This document shows, in pieces, positions 11,081-19,907 of a DNA stretch of 22,661 bases. The DNA comes from Azolla caroliniana (Eukaryota > Plantae > Polypodiophyta), in assembly GCA_043228905.1 (NCBI GenBank), contig JBHGNT010000501.1, forward strand, positions 1-22,661. Reading direction: 5' to 3'. The notes beneath the pieces were generated by a model. The model made no database searches. It saw only the letters and a program-made list of their open reading frames with translations, and was not told the DNA's origin. A program made the translations under genes and the position numbers. How positions within the stretch are numbered: position 1 is the stretch's first letter; every line of letters starts with the position of its first letter.

Positions 11081-11225
11081 TATAAACAGGGACTCGATAC
11101 GCCGTATCGAGTTCCTTTTTAAAATTCAAACTTTAAACACGAACTCGATACGGCGTATCGAGTTCATGTTTAAAGTGTAGGTTTTAAACACGAACTCGAT
11201 ACGGCGTATCGAGTCCCTGTATATA
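11081..11225. repeat. Array of three palindromes ACTCGATACG-S-CGTATCGAGT with 51-bp period, nested in a larger imperfect inverted repeat
   Basis: Copies at 11092-11112, 11143-11163 and 11194-11214 (centres 11102, 11153, 11204). The outer 34-bp arms match at 33/34. Confidence 0.92.
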
Positions 11226-11736
11226 AGAAGGCTTTGAGAGAGAAAAATCGTTTATGGGGTGGAAATGATATCAAATTGTCTGGCAAACTCAGTCTTTTTT
11301 ATGTTGACTTTACTTACTTTTAAAGAAATACATGCTCTAATTATAGGTGTTTTATGACCTACTTTAGCTTAAAATAGTAGAAAATGATCTACAAATTGCC
11401 TTTACTATGGCAAATTCTCCTCAATATAGGTTTAGAATCTATATAAGTCATACCTACTATTTAAAAGAATATATAACCCGTTTTACTTATTACGATATAT
11501 ATTTTCTAGGTTGAATAGCCCTGCCTATTATAGATTTTTGAATATGTTACTGCTCCTGGAAACTGTTCTTCATTATAATATACAACTTCAATCTACGTGA
11601 CTGTCTAACTTATGTTTTTGCATATACTTTCTTAAATAGGTCGTTTGAGAACCTGTCGGACCGACCCGTGAAGAAAATTAAGCTTCGCATACAAGGTTCT
11701 CCAATCGAAGCCCAGACTAAGGTAGCTCCTGAGACC

Positions 11737-14700
11737 ATGAAGAGAGGAAAAAAGCTTCTCTTTAACAAAGAGACAAAATCTCAGCCGCATAGTGATGTTA
11801 GCCAAAAGAAACTTGTCGCCGCTACTGGAGGCGAAGACCTTCCTGACCGAGATCTAACGGACAAGGAATGGTGTATGCAATATGTCGACTCAAAGAAAAA
11901 AGTCGTATTGTATACAGCAAAGAAGAAGGGTGAGGGGCAGCTTGGAAAAGAAACCCCATTTATGTATGGCCGTATTCTACAATTTGACTACGAAGATGCA
12001 GATTCGGCCAACATACTGGTAATGATAGAGTGCTCCAAGGGGGTACGTAAAGTGTTCCTTTCAGAAGACCTTTTAGTAAAGGAATCTTGTGGGCCTGAAG
12101 TGTTCAAAAAAGCACTTGATAACTCACAAAACCTGATTGTTACCTTGAGGCCTTATATACAAGGCCATGTAACTCTAAGAGATGAAGAGCCCTCCCCCTT
12201 GAAGGCCACAAAAAAGGTATCCAAAGTCCAGTCAAGACCAGCCAAGAAGAAGACAACGAAAATGTCGGATACGGATTTAACAAGTGAAAATGAAGAAGAG
12301 GATAATAAGGGGACGCCAGCAGCCGAGCTGGCCTCGGGTGTTTTGTCATCCGAGCAGAATAAAATAAGGAGAGAGTTAATGCAACGGAAGCTGGTCAGGA
12401 AAGGGCAAGTATTTAATTTGCCTATAACACACATCCATCGGCCCCCTATTGATGAAAAAACAGGTCGAAGACCACTTGAGATTAGAGAGCCTCACCGCAT
12501 GCATGTTCAAAATCTCAAGAAAAAAATGAAAATTAATCCTCATGCCACTGTGGTGCCTTTTATTGTTATGGTAGATCCTGAAGAATGTGAAACCATTGAA
12601 GATTTTGATATCAGAAAGCATGATCAATATAATTATTTTGTCATTGGTGGATCGCATTCAGCAGAGGCACGTCGGCAACTTGTGAGAGAACATCCAACCA
12701 CTTTCTTCTTCAAGTATGCCGAGTGCAAAATTTATGTTGGGCTCACAACCGAAGAGGCTAAGCTGTTGGCATGGGACCATAATAATGATAATGACTATAG
12801 GCAGAAAATGTCGTCTATTGAGCGTATACGGTTCTTCCACCACGAGTATTTAGATGTGAAACAAAAGTTTGGTGTGAAGTTACATCCAGGCCTTCGACGT
12901 CAATGTCTGCATGAAGTCGGCATTGTGGTAGATGATAATGTTAGGTCCGATGGTCTTCGAAAGTATGAGTCTTGGTTTCAATTGGCGTTTAGAGATGGAG
13001 AAGTATGGGACCTCCAAGATCAAATCTTCTCAATGTGGGAGAATAAGGAGGTAAAGGGTCAACGACAAAAGAAATGTAGGGTTGACCCTCAACTAGAATT
13101 AAAGTCACAAGCCGCCAAGAAAATTGACTTGACAATTGAAGAAGCGGTAGACGACATGAAGCTGTCTCTATGGAGAGCGATGCAAGGTATTAAGGACGAA
13201 CAGCTTCTTGTGTCGGTTTTGTCAAGGGTTGTGGCGAAAGATTTAAGCCTTCAAGAAATGGTCACTGAGTTCAATAAGTAAGTCTTTCAAATACTGAAAT
13301 TGTAGTCTATCTGGTGTAATTCAAAGTTCTAATCTTGATTTCTAATTTTACAGTCATAAGGTGTACATGAAGATCCAAGAAGTTATGATGAAACAACTTG
13401 GATGTATAACTTGGGAACAAGTGACCGAGGATTATCCTCTAACGTCTTCGTATAAGGCGTTATCAGAGTATTTTATTGCATTCAAGGATTGGGTTAGTAT
13501 TCATGTTTTTTCATTACCCTTTCATCATATGTAGAGCTTGTATAATAATACCTGATGTCCTATTGCTTCTATTAGAAACCGTGTCGAGGCAAGAAACAAG
13601 GAGAAGTTAAGGATATACACGATTTCCCTACATCCTTCCTTGCACATCTTGAGCGAGCCAGAAAAGAAAAGGATCGTCGCTTAGTCAAGGCGTACGAAAT
13701 GGAGGAAGATGGCTCGTTTAAAAAATTTAGCCACAAAAAAGATATTACGAGAGATCTTTACTACAATGTGGTTTGCGGTGATGTCATCAACTTGATCCAG
13801 AAGGTGCCAAAGAAGGAATATACGCTAATGATTGCGGATATTCCTTACGGATTTCGAATGGTTGGGTCATCATACGACGATGAACCGTTTAGGTTTAAAC
13901 AATTGGAGAAGATGGTCAAGGATTTCGCTGAGCTAACGACCGCATCCTTGTGGCGAATAGTTGTCTTTCATAGTATGGACTAAGGGTACTCGGTAGCTCA
14001 AGCTTTGAGATCTCGTTGCCATGGCATCGAGAACCTTGCATGGTAAGGATTATTTATAGGTGTCTTTCATTATATTGCAATTCTTAAGGTTGTTGAATCT
14101 ATTCTTAACTCGATGAATTATTTTTTATAGGATCAAGACCAATGTAAATAGAGGGCCAACTTTTCGGTTCGTTAATGCCATTGAATACATAACGGTTGGC
14201 TACTTCGATGAAATTAAAAAACAGAGAATCAAAGAGCATTCTAATGAAGTGGGAGGTTCAAATCTGTTGGTATATCCAGCAGTGACTCGGAAATTGCGAC
14301 ATGTCACCACGACAGAACGGGGACTTGTCAACCCATACCAAAAACCTCAACGACTTATGATGCACTTGATCGAGATGTTTTCTGTCGAAGGAGACTGGAT
14401 ATTAGATCTCTTTTCTGGCACAGGTATTCCTCGAACTAGGGTAACGATCTTGAGATAACCAATCACTTTTTTTTCGTTTGACAACTAAATCTTCTTGCTA
14501 CTTACATCATAGGAACTACGTCAGCATGTGCATTGAAGCTGTTTAGAAATACAGTTGCATTGGAGAAGGACGAGGACCAAGTTATATTTATTAATATGCG
14601 GATTAAGGCTTTGTGGGAGTGCCCAGACCAGGATGAGGAGGTCGGTGCAAAGAACCTCGTCAATACAGAAAGGTTTCAACCTGCTTCGCGAGAGCCTATT

Positions 14701-14865
14701 CCTCCGTTAGCCGGCGAACCGGGGGAGCTAATAGAGCTTGATGATGAGCTTATAGAAGATATTTCGTTGGCTCGGCTAACAGGGGAAACCAATGCACGTA
14801 TAGCCGAAGACAGTTCTACACAAGATGATGAAGAAAATGACGTTGATGAATTGATTGCTATGTAA
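11737..14865 (+). CDS. ParB/Srx-like domain fused to a beta-class N6-adenine/N4-cytosine DNA methyltransferase; 5 exons, one in-frame TAA (13981-13983), so this copy is probably pseudogenised
   Basis: Exons 11737-13277, 13354-13492, 13576-14042, 14131-14423 and 14513-14865 (2,793 nt), joined by GT-AG introns of 76, 83, 88 and 89 nt that keep the frame. Motifs: FVIGGSHSAEARR (ParB-like), IADIPYG (motif IV), WIKTN...FVNAIEYI, NPYQKP, ILDLFSGTGTT (motif I, split by intron 4), ALEKD. The start codon is uncertain: an AG acceptor at 11638-11639 may indicate an upstream exon. Confidence 0.85.
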
Positions 14866-15257
14866 TAGACTCTATAAAGAATATGACACTGACGATTTGT
14901 TAAGATTTCACATTATTAATACAAATTTTGGGTTTTACCTAGTGGATTCTATTCTTTATAATCTTCTATATGTTTCAATTTTATTTTTATATACTTGATT
15001 AGTAGATTTATGATATTGGTTTCACCGCGTGCATAGCTGACTACCAAACTTATGGAGAAACATGAACTAGTTTAAATGGAGGCTGATTTTGGTCCAAGCT
15101 AACCTTAACAGAACATGGCCCTATAATTGTTGCCATGACTGTCCATGTTGTTATTATGGATCTTTGTCTTATATTGTTAAAACTATTATGTTTCTATTCC
15201 ATTGCTGCTTAGATTGTGTAGTGTGTTGATAATGGTTCCAGTTGCGTTATCGTTCGG

Positions 15258-15545
15258 AGTTTGATCTTGTGTGAATCACCTAAGCAATAGAGTAGATCAA
15301 TTTTAAATACAGGTATGAAAGCCTAATAGGTTTGTTATTTCCACGACATTATCCTAAAGTTCACTGCCTTACATTGTGCACAATTATATACACATATGGT
15401 TTGATCCCATATGAACAAACTGAGGAATAGATTAGATCAACTTTTAATACAAGTATTGAATACTTTAATAAGTTAGTTATTCCAATCACTTATCCTAATG
15501 TGCACTATCCTACATTTTCCACAATTACATACATGCACATATGGG
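15258..15545. repeat. Degenerate 2 x ~140-bp tandem duplication in the transposon's right arm
   Basis: aatagagtagatcaa (15286) and aatagattagatcaa (15426), with collinear similarity through ttatcctaa...cacaatta..catatgg. Confidence 0.65.
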
Positions 15546-15877
15546 TCAAAGTATAAATTATATCTCATTTTATTAGTATGGATACAAGTACACCTCATAT
15601 TTTTGTAAAACCTACCTAATTAATATAAGTCTTTAAGTTAGTGTTTACCTTGTCGCACAATAGTGCCATATTGAGCCATAGTTGAACTTTATTATGCCTA
15701 CATTAACTTATCAACATGTCTAAACTTGCATGATTTCTAATGATCTCCACTCGTAGATCTATCATGTATTTTTATATTTGCAAATTCTTATCAAGTTGAG
15801 GAACATGTGATACTAGTGCATCCAATTATTGTAGAGAGGGTGTATTTGCTTCGTTTTAAGAAGATTCTACAAGTGGA

Positions 15878-15913
15878 ATGCGCAATCCTTCCACTTGTGA
15901 ACGCGAACGTGTT
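15878..15913 (-). repeat. Right TIR
   Basis: ATGCGCAATCCTTCCACTTGTGAACGCGAACGTGTT followed by AGTA. Confidence 0.95.
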
Positions 15914-15972
15914 AGTAATGCATATGTGTTCTTGCACTGCGGCAACTTTGCATAATAGGTTCCATTCACTAC
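15914..15972 (-). pseudogene. Middle sliver of the host transposase gene between the two insertions
   Basis: Reads VVNGTYYAKLPQCKNTYAL and joins in frame on both sides after the insertions are removed. Confidence 0.65.
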
Positions 15973-16404
15973 TGTAAAAAGTAGCGTGCGGAAGCAAGTA
16001 TGAAGACCGAACAGAAGGAAGAACACTCAGGTTTAATGGAGAGCTTGAGCTTACGCAATATACGCAGGAGAGACAGAGAGAGTGAGAGAGAGAAAACACA
16101 AGAACTATATTCAACCTCTATTCACTACTCTATACATATGTGTGTTCAATGAACACTTTTATACAAGTCCTAGAAGGACTGACCGAAGTACTGACAATAC
16201 TTCAATGCTCATTAAGAGCTCCTACAGTAACTCCCAAATATATTCCTCACGGAATATCTTTCCTAACGGCCTCCCGGTTTACGCACCGATCCGGCCCTAC
16301 CTACGCACCGGTCTGCGTACCGGTTTACACATTTGGCCAAACCGATCGGTCCCAACCGATCCGGTCCTCGGCTTCTTTAGCCGATCCGGCCGATGTTGAG
16401 CTTG
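15973..16404 (-). repeat. Copia 3' LTR, missing its first 10 bp and the PPT
   Basis: Direct repeat of 17890-18299 with an extra 22 bp; fused directly to the pre-integrase DIDLW codons. Confidence 0.9.
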
Positions 16405-17805
16405 CCACAAGTCGATGTCCGACTCGGATTTTTGTCCCTTCGCGAACATTGCGGTGCCGCCGTCAGTGGAGTCGAGGATGAACATCCTCTCGTCTCTGCG
16501 CCCTTGTGCAATCACACGGCCTTCTTCCTCAATGAAGCACCCGAGGTGTGTAAACCGAACCTCCATCCCTTGGTCGACGATCTGTCCGACCGAGACCAAG
16601 TTCTTCGTGATTGTCGGAACGTGTAGCACGTTCATGAGTTTCCCTTTCTGCCCGACATGGCTAAGGGGAACTTCTCCGACATTCGCGATCGGATGCGGAG
16701 TGTCGTCTCCAGTTGCGACTACTCCAGGTTGTATCGGTTTTTCAAGGTACGAGAACCACTCCTTATGGCTCGTCATGTGGTTTGACGCGCTGGAGTCTAC
16801 GTACCACACCTCCTTCAATCTCGGGGTGGTCTGTTCCATTGAGTTTGCTTCGTGTCTCGTCACGAAGGCAGACCCTTCTCCGGCTCTCCCGGAGTCTTCG
16901 GCGTAGTGCGATCGCTGCCGATTTCCCTTGGCGGTATGTCTGTAGCCGTTTCCGGAACCGGTTCTCTCCGAATCGGCGCGCTTCTTCTAGCACTCACTTT
17001 CCCTGTGGCCTTTCTTGCCACAGTACCAGCACTCTGCGATGGCCTTCCCTTGCTGGTTCTCATCGCTTCGACTCCCCCTGTTTCCGGAGGGTCCGGAGTT
17101 GCTGTCGGCATCACTTCGGTGCCTTCTTCGTTGATCTCGTCGGCCGTCTCCATTGCGCGCCGACTCGCCTCATCCTCCACATCGACGGGGCCTATCTCCC
17201 TCCGTGTACAACATTCTGCTGTCGGTGTGCGTGCTTGTAGACGTACCCGCGTGGTTCTCCTCTACAAAAAGCATTGACTGTAAGTCGAAAAAGGACGGCG
17301 TATTCTCCTGGGTACACACAGCTGTTCGGAACGCTCCGAACTTCGACGCCAAACCTCCGAGACAGATCTGGACCATCTCGCTCTCCTCGATGTTCACCTC
17401 TATGGAGGTGAGGGAGTCGCAGATATCCTTGATCTTCGAGGTATAGTCCGCCACCGACAAGTCGTGTTGTCGTAGGTTGTTCAACTCCTGTCGGAGCTGA
17501 AGCTTCCTGGTTGTGGTGCTCGCGGCGAAAATCTTCTTCAGATTTTCCCACGCACCCTTCGGCATCTTTGCATCCCGAACATAGCTCAATAGATGTTCTC
17601 CCACACACGACGCGAAGCAGTATAATACCCTTCTCGCCGATTGCTTCCACGACGGGAAGTCTCTGTGTGTCGATTCAGGTGCCGCATCATTAGCTCCTTC
17701 AACATAACTCCAGTAGTCGTGCCCGAGCAGGTAGTGGTGCATCTTGTAGGATCAAGATGCGTAGTTGGTTCTGTCGAGCTTCTCTATTGGAAGCGAGCTC
17801 GCCAT
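16405..17805 (-). pseudogene. gag-pol: Copia gag-protease remnant
   Basis: MASSLPIEKLDRTNYAS*SYKM... gag start; CWYCGKKGHRESEC zinc knuckle (~16990-17030); WYVDSSASNHM protease; VLHVPTITKNLVSV; truncated at DIDLW. Confidence 0.9.
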
Positions 17806-17877
17806 GCCTCTATCCATCGTTCTTCTTGTTCTTCTTCGTCAAGCTGTGTCGGCTGGAGAGAGGTTCTCAACCCTCAC

Positions 17878-17889
17878 GCTCTGATACCA
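17878..17889 (-). other. Primer-binding site (tRNA-iMet)
   Basis: TGGTATCAGAGC on the - strand directly after the 5' LTR. Confidence 0.92.
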
Positions 17890-18309
17890 TGTAAAAAGTA
17901 GCGTGCGGAAGCAAGTATGAAGACCGAACAGAAGGAAGAACACTTAGGTTTAATGGAGAGCTTGAGCTTACGCAGTATACGCGGGAGAGACAGAGAGAGT
18001 GAGAGAGAGAAAACACAAGAACTATATTCAACCTCTATTCACTACTCTATACATATGTGTGTTCAATGAACACTTTTATACAAGTCCTAGAAGGACTGAC
18101 CGAAGTACTGACAGTACTTCAATGCTCATTAAGAGCTCCTACACTAACTCCCAAATATATTCCTCACGGAATATCTTTCCTAACGGCCTCCCAGTTTACG
18201 CATCGGTTTGCGTACCGATTTACACATTCGGCCTAACCGATCGGTCCCAACCGATCCGGTCCTCAGCTTCTTTAGCCGATCTGGCCGATGTTGAGCTTGT
18301 CTCTCAACA
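17890..18309 (-). repeat. Copia 5' LTR (420 bp)
   Basis: TG...CA termini, adjacent PBS and TSD. Confidence 0.92.
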
Positions 18310-18800
18310 ACTACAAACTCACCAACGTTGAACATGTTGCCCCAGCCATCCGTCACCACTTCTTTCAATAATGTCTTCCCTTGCTTGCACACTACAATGT
18401 AGTAGTCTTCTAAATCTTCATTCTGAGGAGATTTCAACATTGCAAAATTATCTCCAACTTCCAATAAAACTACCAAGTCTTCACATTGGTTGTAGTATAC
18501 AATATTGTTTGAATGTGCATCCTCTTCAATATCATCTTTCGTTCAGGCTCAAGTTTCTGTAGCTTCCAGGGCTCCATGATTGATAGGTTGATGCATTCAT
18601 CCCAAGCTTCATCTATACACATGGAACAAAAGCATGATAAAGTACAGAGTAACAATTGTGTTGTGTCCTTGCGGCTAAACCCTAATACACAACGGGTGTT
18701 GCGTGTGCCTTTCACGGTTTTACAACCATATGATTTAGTCCTATCAACCTCATCAACGCTGCCGTAAAGATTTTCACCAACGGTGTGAAAATTGGATGGA
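18310..18800 (-). pseudogene. Older DNA transposase fragment (Sola2-like C-terminal region), the host of both insertions
   Basis: VDRTKSYGCKTVKGTRNTRCV...LSCFCSMC...CIN...PW, a frameshift near 18540, then LEVGDNFAML...DYYIVVC...DGWGNMFNVGEFVV. The Sola2 call rests on recall of the GTR...SCFC..C pattern. Confidence 0.55.
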
Positions 18801-19367
18801 ATGTACAAAATCGAGTGTGGTTCTTCACACACAATATAAAACAATAATAGTGAAGATACTAGTTTAATATCTTGGTACAAAACGATGGAGGTCTTCAAGA
18901 GCTTTCGAATACACTTTACCACATAAGAAACTGACAACTAAGTGGCAAGTTATGTGGTTATGAAATTTGTGAAGAAGAAGAGAAAAAACAAAACTACGAG
19001 ATATCTCACATAGACAAGATAAATAAGGATCCCGGAGTATATAAGTAGGGCCAAAATCTATCACTTTGTGTCTATGAGTGGATCATAGAATGTTCAAGGT
19101 GACTTGAGCTAAACTAACTGGATGAATGGGTGTGGCCTAACTACTTGTAAATATTTTGGCCGACCAGAACCGGACGGAGATGGTGCGACGGCGACCGACA
19201 CCGGGACCGGATGGCGACACATAGGATCAGATCGGGATTGGATTGAACCAGTCGGGACAGATGGCACTGGACAGGCAGATCGGTTGGTTGATTGCGGTGC
19301 ATGGTGTTTTGAAGATTTTCAGTGTAAATACAAGACCAAAAGCCTAGTAGTATTTTGTGTTTTAAAA

Positions 19368-19426
19368 GGGAGGCTTGAACCTTGCACCTTTAAGTTGAAA
19401 GACAATAGGCTTACCACTAAGCCAAG
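19368..19426 (-). other. tRNA-like Pol III A/B-box module in LTR 2
   Basis: Minus strand: TGGCTTAGTGG (A box, with a pairing D-stem GCTT/AAGC) and GGTTCAAGCC (B box); TTC at the anticodon position. Confidence 0.6.
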
Positions 19427-19843
19427 TCATATTTTCAAAAACTTTACTTTGATCATTTTATATATAAATTCTCATACATGAGAGCTTGAATGAGTGACAT
19501 GGTTATCATGTTTAACCATGCATCTCATGCATGTCTTGCACCCTCACAGGCATCATGTGCATTGGGGCATCTATAAAAGAGTGCATGGACAGGAAAAACG
19601 AGCTATGTATTAATCAAGAAATTAAGAGGAAGATAATTCTTTATCCCATTTTTGTGATGTATTAATCTTGTCTCTCAATCTAAAGTCAAGCGTTCTATCT
19701 TATCTCAATCTCTCTCTCTTTCAATCTATCTTAAATACTTTCTCGCTAAAGTTAGTGCAAACTTCGAATCCTTTTGATCCAAGACCCCGGCGGTTCCGCC
19801 TCACGATCCGCACGTAGTGACGGATCTTCACGACATAATTAAG

Positions 19844-19860
19844 TGGTGAACCCGAAATGA
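19844..19860 (+). other. Primer-binding site, probably tRNA-Trp
   Basis: TGGTGAACCCGAAATGA resembles the complement of the plant tRNA-Trp 3' end (...CGGGTTCA-CCA, recalled sequence); 8 nt after the LTR end. Confidence 0.6.
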
Positions 19861-19907
19861 AAGAGGCGGTAGGAAGGATCAAGTCGAGGATTGACTGATA
19901 CTTGGAG

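Larger units (their letters stand above)
7123..15913. mobile_element. Full-length Sola1-like DNA transposon (8,791 bp) carrying a ParB-like/amino-methyltransferase gene
   Basis: 36-bp TIRs with 1 mismatch; AGTA flanks both ends (7119-7122 and 15914-15917); encodes an intact DDD transposase; excision restores a host reading frame. Confidence 0.9.
15973..18309 (-). mobile_element. Internally deleted, non-autonomous Ty1/Copia element (2,337 bp)
   Basis: Two highly similar LTRs; 5-bp TSD ACTAC (15968-15972 and 18310-18314); tRNA-iMet PBS; gag and protease remnants; no integrase core, RT or RNase H. Confidence 0.93.

Noticed and set aside
11081-11225. CRISPR array (regularly spaced palindromic repeats)
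   Set aside because: Only three units, the spacers are related to each other by inversion rather than unique, there are no cas genes, and the context is eukaryotic.
11668-14865. Bacterial contamination, restriction-modification system or plasmid parABS locus
   Set aside because: The gene has spliceosomal introns, lies within eukaryotic TIRs among LTR retrotransposons, and has no ParA or restriction endonuclease partner.
13699-14865. ORF-track entries 13699..13983, 14249..14458 and 14533..14865 as separate genes
   Set aside because: They are exons of one spliced gene; conserved motifs span the junctions.
16082-16481. ORFs within the Copia LTRs (also 17999..18331)
   Set aside because: They are chance frames in LTR sequence with no protein motifs.
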